Assembly (NCBI GenBank): GCA_964291415.2 | Contig: OZ219918.1 | Location: 256,001-320,000 of the forward strand | Length of the DNA: 64,000 bases | Direction of reading: 5' to 3' | From: Alphaproteobacteria bacterium | GTDB lineage: Bacteria; Pseudomonadota; Alphaproteobacteria; SP197 | Part shown: piece by piece, positions 30,897 through 39,355 of the stretch | Position numbering within the stretch: the first letter of the stretch is position 1 | Layout: each line of letters opens with the position of its first letter | Program-made: the position numbers and the translations under genes | Notes under the pieces: generated by a model | What the model was told of the DNA's origin: nothing | Seen by the model: only the letters and a program-made list of their open reading frames with translations | Databases searched by the model: none

Positions 30897-30943
30897 CGCT
30901 GTCAACTTCTCGATATAAGTCCCAAAAAATGCTCCTTCGTTGC
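30790..30943 (+). ncRNA. predicted omegaRNA (scaffold over tnpB 3' end and right TIR, guide from flank)
   Basis: hairpins gcctcgg-gga-ctgaggc and tggcagc-atgac-gctgtca at the tnpB 3' end; position inferred from known TnpB biology; 5' end unknown. Confidence 0.5.
30924..30931. repeat. 8-bp target-site duplication, right copy (AAAAAATG)
   Basis: identical to 29587-29594. Confidence 0.85.
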
Positions 30944-31149
30944 GAGGAAACCGGACGTTCCAGGACGGCCCTAAGCCTCTTGATCACTGGCGATTTCCCT
31001 AGGCGTTTTGTCACAAACGCGAAGTGAGGATAGAGAACAGATGTCCGCTTTCTTGAAACACTCTCGGAAGAAATAGCTGCCGTCCGCATCGAAAGCTTCG
31101 GTGAGCGATCCGGGTTGGAGGCCACAACTCAAGCCGCGTGTCAGCGGTG

Positions 31150-31989
31150 TCAGCGGAACATCAAGGAGCCGCTGCGTTGTTCGATGGCGTCGGAGACGAC
31201 GATGCCACCGCGAAAACGGTCATATGTAGTATCCAGATAGTGGTACTGGAGCGCTTTCAACTGGCCGCCATAGCGCTGCCGAAGGCCTCCTGCGGCGGGC
31301 TGTACGTGAACATTGCTCACGTGGCCTGTGCAGTAGGCGTGGCAGGCAACGGGATAGAGCAGCGCGGAGCACAGGATATCGCAGACTTGGAGGCCGGCGT
31401 GGTTGTCGCTGTGGCCGAAGGTTGGAAGTTCGACGGTCCGAGGGTACGCCCGGGCAGTTTGGCTGAACTTCTGGGTGAAGATCGAGTGGGACACCTTGAC
31501 GTTCTTGAACTTGTTGCGGCTGTCGGCGATGCATGCGCCGACCTCGTTCACGTGGGACAGATAGTGGTCGAAGTAGGTGCAGATGCCTTGGATCGAAGCC
31601 GTGTAAACGGACGTGGGAACGAAGGGCATTCCGATGCCCTTCACGCTGATGCGCGCGACCAACCGAACGTCGTGGCGCCACAGCATTCCGAAAATGCGGT
31701 CCAGGAATCCGACTGCGTGACGTCGCTGACGAGCGTTGCCGCGTAACGCGTTGTTCCGGATATCCGCCCCCTTGATCTCCGGCAGGATCCTGTCAAGGAA
31801 TCTGGCCGATGGGTACGGCAAGTTGGGGAAGTACCGATACTTCAGGTCGAGGAAATCAGCGGTAAAGGCGAGGAGGTTTGCGGCTTCCGCGAAGAGTCCA
31901 CCGACGACCAGGACGGGTTGGTCGTTAGGCTGCGGCGGGTCGGACAGCGGTCCGAGGTCTCCCGCTTCGTCGATAAAGCAGATTCTCAT
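31150..31989 (-). CDS. DUF3800 domain-containing protein
   Basis: N-terminal CFIDEAG, EIKG, IADSR, C-terminal HSDNHAGLQVCD (QxxD) pattern; start MRIC at 31989. Confidence 0.8.
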   Translation of the reverse strand: MRICFIDEAGDLGPLSDPPQPNDQPVLVVGGLFAEAANLLAFTADFLDLKYRYFPNLPYPSARFLDRILPEIKGADIRNNALRGNARQRRHAVGFLDRIFGMLWRHDVRLVARISVKGIGMPFVPTSVYTASIQGICTYFDHYLSHVNEVGACIADSRNKFKNVKVSHSIFTQKFSQTARAYPRTVELPTFGHSDNHAGLQVCDILCSALLYPVACHAYCTGHVSNVHVQPAAGGLRQRYGGQLKALQYHYLDTTYDRFRGGIVVSDAIEQRSGSLMFR

Positions 31990-32005
31990 TCGGTGCCAAA
32001 AGTGG

Positions 32006-32058
32006 CTATGGCCACCGGATGGTGGCCATAGGGTCTGCCGCCCACGACGGGGTCGGCA
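32006..32058 (-). ncRNA. structured 5' leader (two hairpins) of the DUF3800 gene
   Basis: perfect 11-bp stem ctatggccacc-ggat-ggtggccatag (32006-32031) and tgccg-ccc..ggg.-cggca (32036-32058). Confidence 0.5.
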
Positions 32059-32077
32059 ACAAAGAAGTTCTGTTAGC

Positions 32078-32106
32078 AATATGGGAAATTGAGGCTCGCG
32101 TGTCAA
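32078..32106 (-). promoter_or_regulatory. candidate sigma70 promoter for DUF3800 leader/gene
   Basis: minus strand TTGACA-17 nt-CATATT. Confidence 0.45.
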
Positions 32107-32241
32107 CGGTGCCGGATCTCTTGGTATCATGGGGAGCGCTCTGACGATCGAATGAGTTGGGAATTCCTCCTGCCACCCCGGGCTCAGCCGCGGATACCAT
32201 CGAACACTGCGACAACCCAGCCGCTACTTTCCCTGGCAGCG

Positions 32242-32390
32242 TCACCGGGTCGGGCGCGAGAGCGGCGCGGCGGTCGCGGCGTCCAGCGCCACGACGCTCA
32301 CCGTGCAGGTCTCGACCAGTGCCTCGAGGTCGGCCCTGGCCCGTTGCTCGTCGCGGTAGACCCGGGCGTTGGCGAGCGTCGGCGAGGCCC
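32242..32390 (-). pseudogene. fragment of a GAF/PAS sensor-regulator gene
   Basis: ANARVYRDEQRARADLEALVETCTVSVVALDA resembles a GAF-to-PAS linker; no start codon or full domain. Confidence 0.45.
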
Positions 32391-32407
32391 GCGCCCGGGA
32401 ATCCGAC

Positions 32408-32878
32408 TTAACGAACGTAGATGCCCACGCCGAAGAGGTGGCCGTCGTGGAGCACCATCCAGCTCGACTTGTGCTCGACCTCTCCGGTGACCGGGTCCTT
32501 CCACTTGTAGTCGACCCAGGTTCCATCCGGCGATGCCGTCTGCCGCATCTCCTCGCCGAAGCGCTTGCCGTCGACATCGGTGTAGCTCTCCAGTGTTCTC
32601 CCCACCAACGATGAGTCGATGCTATGGACCAACTTCGTGCTGTCAGGTCCAAAGACGAAGACATAGAGGTCGCGATCCAGGAACTCCGGCGCCGGGTCGG
32701 TGTTGAACCTGGCAAAGGCTGCATCGGCCCCTACCTCGTCATAGTAGGCGATGGCACGCGCCACCATGTCCTGGGCTTCCTCGGCCGTGCCCCGGTCGTC
32801 GCTGCCCATGGCGGGTGCCGCGCACACCACAAGCAGCGCGGCAGCAAGGCTGCGCAGGTGACGGGTTGTAGTCCTCAT
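32408..32878 (-). CDS. stand-alone periplasmic single Cache domain protein
   Basis: signal peptide; GTAEEAQDMV.RA, DLYVFV, DVDGK.F, WVDYKWKDPVTG..EHKSS, GVGIY. Confidence 0.88.
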   Translation of the reverse strand: MRTTTRHLRSLAAALLVVCAAPAMGSDDRGTAEEAQDMVARAIAYYDEVGADAAFARFNTDPAPEFLDRDLYVFVFGPDSTKLVHSIDSSLVGRTLESYTDVDGKRFGEEMRQTASPDGTWVDYKWKDPVTGEVEHKSSWMVLHDGHLFGVGIYVR

Positions 32879-33225
32879 GTCGTGTTCTCTCCTTCGCACT
32901 CCGTGCGCGAATCGACGGCGCGACATCTTGAAGATTTGCAGGGTCAACGTCGGTCAAGCTTCCGACGCCGCAATGATGCCGTCAATCCTTCCGGCGCCTT
33001 CGTCAAAGCTCGCTACCGGCTTGCGCTCTTCATGAGCGTCCTTGAACACGTCGATGTCGACGTCAGCTTCACAACTCACTGTTGCGAAAGGCAAATGGAT
33101 CGTTTCCGCGGTGCTTTTCGCGCGCTCGGAAATGATCTGGTCCGTGGTACGTCCTTCAGTCCGGATCATCCAGGGGACACAAGCCGGTCGTCAGGTCCGC
33201 GACATTGCCGCGTCTGGCCCGCGTG

Positions 33226-34029
33226 TCAGGCCGTCTCCTTCTTGCGCAGAAGGATTGCCATGCTGACGAAGACGATCGAGACGCCGAGCAGCATGGACGA
33301 CACGGCGTTGACCTCGGGCGTCACGCCCATGCGGACCTGGCTGTAGATGTAGACGGGCAGCGTCGTGGCGCCGGCGCTCGCGACCATCTGCGTGATGATG
33401 AAATCGTCGAGCGAGATGACGAAGGCCAGGGCTGCGCCGGCGACGATCCCGGGCATCAGCATCGGCAGCGTGACATGGCGGAACGTCTGCACGGGATCCG
33501 CGTAGAGATCGGCGGCAGCCTGCTCCAGGGTGGTGTCCATGCCGTGAAGTCGGGCCCTGATGGGCAGGTAGGCGAACGGCACGCAGAAGACCGTGTGGGC
33601 GATCATGACATTGCCGACGCCAAGCTCCAGTCCGATCAGGCTGAGAAACGAAAGCAGGGCCACGGCGGTGACGATCTCGGGCACCATGAGCGGTGAATTG
33701 ATGACGGCGTAGCAGGCAGTCAGGCCACGGAACCGCTGCACCCTCGTTGTCGCCAGTGCCGCCGCCGTCGCCAGGATCGTTGCGGCAATGGTTGCGACCG
33801 TTGCGACGAGGAACGAATTCGTCGCGGCTTGCCGGATCGCGTCATTGGCGAGAGCCTTGGCATACCAGTCCAGGCTGAACTCGCTCCAGTTCGAGACGGA
33901 GCGCCGTTCGTTGAACGAAAAGAACACCAGAACGAACAAGGGAAGATAGAGAAGACCCAGACAGACCGCAGCCATGAACCCGAATCCCGGATAACGCTTC
34001 AGATCGTAGGGTCGGGAACCGGCCATCAT
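33226..34029 (-). CDS. potC: polyamine ABC transporter permease
   Basis: LYLPLFVLVFFSFN, PLMVPEIV, EQAAADLYA, SLDDF, TPEVNA. Confidence 0.88.
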   Translation of the reverse strand: MMAGSRPYDLKRYPGFGFMAAVCLGLLYLPLFVLVFFSFNERRSVSNWSEFSLDWYAKALANDAIRQAATNSFLVATVATIAATILATAAALATTRVQRFRGLTACYAVINSPLMVPEIVTAVALLSFLSLIGLELGVGNVMIAHTVFCVPFAYLPIRARLHGMDTTLEQAAADLYADPVQTFRHVTLPMLMPGIVAGAALAFVISLDDFIITQMVASAGATTLPVYIYSQVRMGVTPEVNAVSSMLLGVSIVFVSMAILLRKKETA

Positions 34030-34030
34030 G

Positions 34031-34972
34031 TCAGACCGCATCCTGGTCCCGGCGGGCGGCCTGCCGGGCGTAGATCATCAGGGCGATCAGCACGAGGGAA
34101 AGGAGGATCATCGCCGCTGCCGACCCGAAGGGCCAGTTGCGTGCGGTCCCGAACTGCTGCGCGATCAGATTGCCGATCATCAGGTGCTTGCCGCCACCGA
34201 GCAGGTCAGGCGCCAGAAACGAGCTCAGTGACGGGATGAAGACCAGGAAACAGCCGCCGGCGATTCCCGGGAGCGAGAGCGGGATCAGAATGCGCTGCAA
34301 CACTCTCCAGCGATTGGCGTAGAGGTCATAGGCCGCCTCCACGAGCCGGAAATCAATCCGTTCCAGGCTGGCGTAGACCGGCAGCACCATGAAGGGAAGG
34401 AAGCTGTAGAGCAGGCCAAGACCGATCGCGAAATCGGTGTACAGCAACGAGAGCGGCTGCTCGATGATGCCGATGCCCATGAGGATGGAGTTGAGCGGGC
34501 CCTGATCCCGCAGAATCAGCATCATCGAAAACGTTCTCACCAGAAGATTGGTCCAGAAGGGAACCGTCACCAGAAAGATCAGGATGTTGCGCAACCCGGG
34601 TGGACGCGTCGCGATGAAGTAGGCCGTCGGGAACCCGATCAAAAGGCAGCCAACGACCGCCAGGCCCGCAAGAATGACGGAGCGGGCGCCGATCTGGAGG
34701 TAGGAGGAACTGAACGCCAGCGTTCCATCGAAGATGTCGCGTTCGAACAGGAACTGGATGTAGGCATCAAGGGAGAATTCCCAGACCACGCCGCCGTAGG
34801 TGCCGGGAACCAGAAAGGAGTAGACCAGGATCAAGCCGAGCGGAGCGAGTCCGAAGGCGCCAATGAGAGCAAATGCCGGCGAGAGCAGGATCAGGCTGCG
34901 CCGCGCCGTCGGGAGACCGCTGAAGCGGTCGATCCACGTCGCCCGGTTCGCCGCATCGTGCTGTTCAGCCAT
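34031..34972 (-). CDS. potB: polyamine ABC transporter permease
   Basis: VPFWTNLLVR, LPFMVLPVY, EAAYDLYA, RNWPFGSA. Confidence 0.88.
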   Translation of the reverse strand: MAEQHDAANRATWIDRFSGLPTARRSLILLSPAFALIGAFGLAPLGLILVYSFLVPGTYGGVVWEFSLDAYIQFLFERDIFDGTLAFSSSYLQIGARSVILAGLAVVGCLLIGFPTAYFIATRPPGLRNILIFLVTVPFWTNLLVRTFSMMLILRDQGPLNSILMGIGIIEQPLSLLYTDFAIGLGLLYSFLPFMVLPVYASLERIDFRLVEAAYDLYANRWRVLQRILIPLSLPGIAGGCFLVFIPSLSSFLAPDLLGGGKHLMIGNLIAQQFGTARNWPFGSAAAMILLSLVLIALMIYARQAARRDQDAV

Positions 34973-34978
34973 GGGAAC

Positions 34979-36100
34979 TCAGCCGGCGAGGATCCGGGCT
35001 GCGCCCGGTGCCATGAGAACCCGTACGCTGCTTCCCACCGACATGCCGCTGCCCCGGTCAGCGACATTCTGCTCGTAGACGAGCAGTTCCGGTCCGTTTT
35101 CCAGCGTGACGCGGTAGCTTGTATCGGTTCCCCGATAGAGGCAGTCCGTGATCCGGCCGGCGAGTCCGGGTCCGGGATCGGCAGACAGCACGATCCGTTC
35201 CGGTCTGAGCGACAGCGTGACCCGACATCCCGCCGCCTTGTCGCCGACCGGCTGCGCGAGGACCTCGGCGCCCCCTTCGAGACGACAGCGGACCATGTCG
35301 CGTTCAGCGGCGCCGATGACGGCCGGCAACAGGTTGGTTTCGCCCATGAAGTTGGCGACGAAGGGGTTGGCGGGGTGTTCGTAGATCACATCGGGCGTGC
35401 CCACCTGCTGGATCCGGCCGGCCCGGAGCACGGCGATCCTGTCGCTCATGGTGAGCGCTTCCTCCTGATCGTGCGTCACGAAGATGAAGGTGATTCCGGT
35501 CTCGCGCTGCAGGGTCTTGAGCTCGACGCGCATCTCCTGGCGGAGCTTGAGATCGAGCGCCGAGAGAGGTTCGTCGAGGAGCAGGACCCGGGGATGGTTC
35601 GCCAGTGCCCTGGCGAGCGCAACGCGCTGTTGTTGTCCGCCGGAAAGCTGGCTTGACTTGCGTTCCCCGAGATCGGGCATCTTGACGAGGGTCAGCATGC
35701 TTTCGACCGTGCGCCTGATTTCGGCCTTGTCGCGGCGCAGCATGCGCAGTCCGAACGCCACGTTCTCCGCTACGGTCATGTGCGGAAACAGCGCGTAGTG
35801 CTGAAACACCGTGTTGATCGGCCTCTTGTAGGGAGGAAGACGCGCCACATCGTTGCCGAACAGCAGAATGTCGCCCCGCGTGACCTGTTCGAACCCCGCA
35901 ATCAGACGAAGAAGCGTTGTCTTGCCACACCCCGATGGGCCGAGCAGGGTAAAGAACTCGTTGTCCCGGATGGCAAGCGAGACCTCGTCAAGGGCCGTGA
36001 CGGACTCTGCGGAACCCGCCTGGAAGACCTTTGTCACGGAACGAAGTTCGATGGCCGTGCCGACCGCCTCAGGTGGTGTCTGACTCAAGGCTGCATTCAT
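34979..36100 (-). CDS. potA: polyamine ABC transporter ATP-binding protein
   Basis: GPSGCGKT, NTVFQHYALFPH, LSGGQQQR, LLLDEPLSALD, TOBE tail. Confidence 0.9.
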   Translation of the reverse strand: MNAALSQTPPEAVGTAIELRSVTKVFQAGSAESVTALDEVSLAIRDNEFFTLLGPSGCGKTTLLRLIAGFEQVTRGDILLFGNDVARLPPYKRPINTVFQHYALFPHMTVAENVAFGLRMLRRDKAEIRRTVESMLTLVKMPDLGERKSSQLSGGQQQRVALARALANHPRVLLLDEPLSALDLKLRQEMRVELKTLQRETGITFIFVTHDQEEALTMSDRIAVLRAGRIQQVGTPDVIYEHPANPFVANFMGETNLLPAVIGAAERDMVRCRLEGGAEVLAQPVGDKAAGCRVTLSLRPERIVLSADPGPGLAGRITDCLYRGTDTSYRVTLENGPELLVYEQNVADRGSGMSVGSSVRVLMAPGAARILAG

Positions 36101-36266
36101 CCTGAATGCGGCTGCCTCACGCTCACCCTGGCGGCACGTCGACACCGGCCTGCCAGTGGCCGGTGTGACTCGTGGACCACAACGTCATCCGCACAGACCT
36201 TCCGCGTGTGTCCCTTCAGCTGGCCTGCATGGTGCCGGACTTCGTCATGGAATCCCAATCTTCCCG

Positions 36267-37667
36267 TCACCCGGACCAGAAGCCTTCGCGCACGAGGTCG
36301 TCCTGTGTGCGAAGCAGACTCGTGCGCAGGATCTGCACAATACGGTCGATCTCGTCGCGCTCCAGGATCAGGCAGGGTGACAGGATGTTGAGATGTGCCA
36401 GGGGTCTCAGGATAAGGCCCAGTTCCCTGGCATGGTTCGATGTGCGGTGTCCCACGTCGGCTTCGAACGGCAGCAGTTCCTTGGTCTCCTTGTCGGCGAC
36501 GCTTTCGATTCCCATCATGAACTTGTGGCCGCGGACGTCCCCCACGATAGGCAGATCCATGAGCGAGCGGATTCCGTCCTCGAAGTAGGCCCCCAGTTTC
36601 CGGACGTGGCCGCACAGGTCCATCGTCTCCATCAGTTCTATGTTGGCGAGAGCCGCTGCGCAGCACACGGGATGGCCCGAGTATGTGAAGCCGTGGGTGA
36701 ACATGGCGCCTGCCTCGATGGGCTTGCCGATGACCTCGAAGACCTCGCGCGATATCAGCGTCGCGCCCATCGGCAGGTAGCCGGATGTCAGACCCTTCGC
36801 GCAACTGATCAGGTCGGGAGCCATCTCGAACAGGGAATCGGAGGCAAAGAACTCACCCAGGCGACAGAATCCGGTGACCACCTCGTCGGCAATGACCAGG
36901 ATGCCGTGGCGCTTGCAGATCTCGGATATCCGCCGGAAGTATCCCGGCGGAGGATCGATGACCCCACCCATTCCCATGATGGGTTCGGCAAAGAAGGCGG
37001 CCACCCTTTCCGGCCCGATCTCGAGGACCGTGTCGTTGAACTCCTCCACGAGGTGATCGCAGAACGCCTCGAGCGACATGCCGTCGGGCCGGCGATAGGC
37101 ATAGGGGGCCGAGACGTAGCGGATGTTCTCTTCGGGTGTGTCGAAGCCGACCTTGTTGAAGTCGAGTCCCGACAGGGCAGCCGACACGGCTGTGCTGCCG
37201 TGGTAGGCGCTGTGCCGGCTGATGACGATCTTGCGTTCGCCTTGCCCCAGGTGATTGAAGTAGTGCTGGACGATTCTCAGCGCCGAGTCGTTGGCGGTCG
37301 ATCCTCCTGTCGCATAGAACACGTGGTCGATGTTGTCCGGTGCCAGTTCGACAAGTTTCGCGGCAAGCCGGGCTGCCGGCGGCGTCGACGTGCTGTGAAA
37401 CGGATTGGCGTAGGGCAGGCGGCGTGCCTGCTCGGCGATCGCATCGACGATTTCCGACCGGCCATAGCCGACGTTGACGCACCACACGCCGCCGATGCCG
37501 TCGATGAGCTTCCTGCCGTCGACATCCCAGACGTAGGGCCCTTCGCCTTCGACGAGAATTTCCGAACCCGTTTCGTGAAAGGTCCCGAAATCGGCCCAGC
37601 CATGGACGACGTGATCGCGATCCTTGGTCCAGAGATCATGGGCATCGTACGCAACGTTCGATCTCAT
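36267..37667 (-). CDS. class III (omega-amine) PLP aminotransferase
   Basis: DGIGGVWCVNVGYGR, YHGST, AEPIMGMGGV, IADEVVTGF, AKGLTSGYLPMG. Confidence 0.93.
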   Translation of the reverse strand: MRSNVAYDAHDLWTKDRDHVVHGWADFGTFHETGSEILVEGEGPYVWDVDGRKLIDGIGGVWCVNVGYGRSEIVDAIAEQARRLPYANPFHSTSTPPAARLAAKLVELAPDNIDHVFYATGGSTANDSALRIVQHYFNHLGQGERKIVISRHSAYHGSTAVSAALSGLDFNKVGFDTPEENIRYVSAPYAYRRPDGMSLEAFCDHLVEEFNDTVLEIGPERVAAFFAEPIMGMGGVIDPPPGYFRRISEICKRHGILVIADEVVTGFCRLGEFFASDSLFEMAPDLISCAKGLTSGYLPMGATLISREVFEVIGKPIEAGAMFTHGFTYSGHPVCCAAALANIELMETMDLCGHVRKLGAYFEDGIRSLMDLPIVGDVRGHKFMMGIESVADKETKELLPFEADVGHRTSNHARELGLILRPLAHLNILSPCLILERDEIDRIVQILRTSLLRTQDDLVREGFWSG

Positions 37668-37864
37668 CCTCTCACCCCATTCGTTGTGCGCTTCGCCGAA
37701 GCAACCTGACTGTGTCCGGGCAGGGACCGTCAGTCAGAGTTTGCATACAAAAACGATACACACCGCATTCGGTTGGCGTCAACGCAGTGTGTGCGGTCAG
37801 CGTCCCGGTATGGCGACGTGCGGTTCCAGGCATGGGACCAGGGTGGCGCCAATGCATGCGGAAC

Positions 37865-39238
37865 CTAGCGATAGCGGGCCGTCAACGGAGCCGAGGGATC
37901 CGGGCTGTCGGCGATCCAGGCTTCACCCTGCTCGATCCGGTGGCGCGCCGTGTCGACCAGACGCGCCAGGTGGCCGGGCTCGTCGCAATTCTCCTGACGG
38001 CCCTCGACGAGTTCGGCGTTGATGCATGCCCGGATCATGGACAGCAGCTGTCGATCCTCCGTGACATCGGGACCGTACCCGAGCTCCCGGAGCCGTCCGG
38101 CGATCACGCCCGGTGGCGCCCAGCCGGGGGTGATCTGATACCGCGGCTCCACCCCGATCAGTTCCGGGTGGAGATCCCGGGGACGATCGGTCTGTTCGAA
38201 CAGGGGATCGACGTAGTGATAGGCGCGGGCGCCCACGACCGGCGTGTTTGGCGGAATGCCGTGATGATCATGGATCTGCCACATCTTCTCCGCCGTGACC
38301 ATGAGACGACGCGTGTTGTACTGCTGAACGACATGAAGGTTGCGCGCGCGCATCAGGTTGGTGAGGAACATCAGGACGGAACCGTGGCCTCCCTGGGCGG
38401 CCTGGGGCGTAAATCCGGACCAGACACCATCGGCGCCTGCAAGAACTGCTTCAACCGTCGTCGCGTCCTCCATGCCGTTGCCCGAATGGGGATGAACGAG
38501 GATCTTGCGTGGAGCCGGATTGTAGTGACGCATCAGCCGGATGAGTTCATTTGATTCGAATATGAAACGGGTGCCGCGCACGTCCTCGAAGAGGATGCCG
38601 GTGATGGGCAATGCGCCAATCAGCTTGAACACCTTGAGAACGTGCTCGGGATCCTCGTCGAAGGCGTCGAAGGCGTCGCCGATCCTGACATAGATGCGTC
38701 CCGTGCGTTCCGTTTCCACCGGAAGCTCATCGCGGTAGTGGCGGACATGGGCATCGAGATCGCGCAGGATATCGTCTGGCCTTCGTCCCATGCCCACGAT
38801 GACAGACGGAGTAATCTCCACGAGCAGGATCACGTTGGGGATCCCGTACTCCCGGGTTCGACGGGCGGCGGGACCCATGGGAAGGGGCTCGCCGTCGGTC
38901 ACCGGCTCGACGGCGATGGTTGCCAGGAACCCGTCGAGACTGATGGCGTTGTCGACGAGGTGGTCGAGAAACTGGTCCGTCACCGATGGGAAGTCGAAGA
39001 AGTTGGAGAGACCGAAATCGCTGAGACCGAAGTCGCGTGCCAGTTCGTAGAGCTCGATCTTGTCCTTCAGCGTGTGACCGTAATGCGAGGAGAGCGCCGC
39101 CTCCCGCGAGGACATGTCCAGTATGCAGGGCACGAGGTCGCGCAATCGAGCGAGATTCCGGGCAATCGCCTGCGTCGAACTCGCAAGGAGTGCCGTGTCG
39201 TCCGGTGTCAGGACAACCGTATCAGTGGGTCTCTGCAT
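37865..39238 (-). CDS. divergent DRE-TIM metallolyase (HMGL / isopropylmalate synthase-like fold)
   Basis: ILDMSSREA (cf. DxTLRDG), VHPHSGNG...EAVLAGAD (cf. HxHNDxG..A..AGA), PVVGARAY. Confidence 0.6.
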   Translation of the reverse strand: MQRPTDTVVLTPDDTALLASSTQAIARNLARLRDLVPCILDMSSREAALSSHYGHTLKDKIELYELARDFGLSDFGLSNFFDFPSVTDQFLDHLVDNAISLDGFLATIAVEPVTDGEPLPMGPAARRTREYGIPNVILLVEITPSVIVGMGRRPDDILRDLDAHVRHYRDELPVETERTGRIYVRIGDAFDAFDEDPEHVLKVFKLIGALPITGILFEDVRGTRFIFESNELIRLMRHYNPAPRKILVHPHSGNGMEDATTVEAVLAGADGVWSGFTPQAAQGGHGSVLMFLTNLMRARNLHVVQQYNTRRLMVTAEKMWQIHDHHGIPPNTPVVGARAYHYVDPLFEQTDRPRDLHPELIGVEPRYQITPGWAPPGVIAGRLRELGYGPDVTEDRQLLSMIRACINAELVEGRQENCDEPGHLARLVDTARHRIEQGEAWIADSPDPSAPLTARYR

Positions 39239-39355
39239 CGTCGTTTTCCCGGTTCCTGTTCAGGTGAACACAGTCCGTGTCGGTGTCGATGATCGTGCCA
39301 TCCAGTATGTATACGCTGTGTATGCGTGTCGAATTCTCCTGCACCCGATGGTGGT

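Larger units (their letters stand above)
29595..30923 (+). mobile_element. non-autonomous tnpB-carrying element with 25-bp TIRs and 8-bp TSD (IS1595-like ends)
   Basis: left GGGGATTGTATACGCAACTTGACAG vs right reverse complement GGGACTTATATCGAGAAGTTGACAG (17/25 identical); direct repeat AAAAAATG on both sides; no transposase inside. Confidence 0.8.

Noticed and set aside
30901-30906. GTCAAC as a classical IS200/IS605 right-end cleavage site
   Set aside because: It lies inside the right TIR (mirrored by TTGAC in the left TIR), and the 8-bp TSD plus restored target frame place the boundary at 30923; kept only as the alternative to test.
32954-33169. 71-aa ORF between potC and the Cache gene
   Set aside because: No recognisable motif or clear RBS; not supported enough to call.
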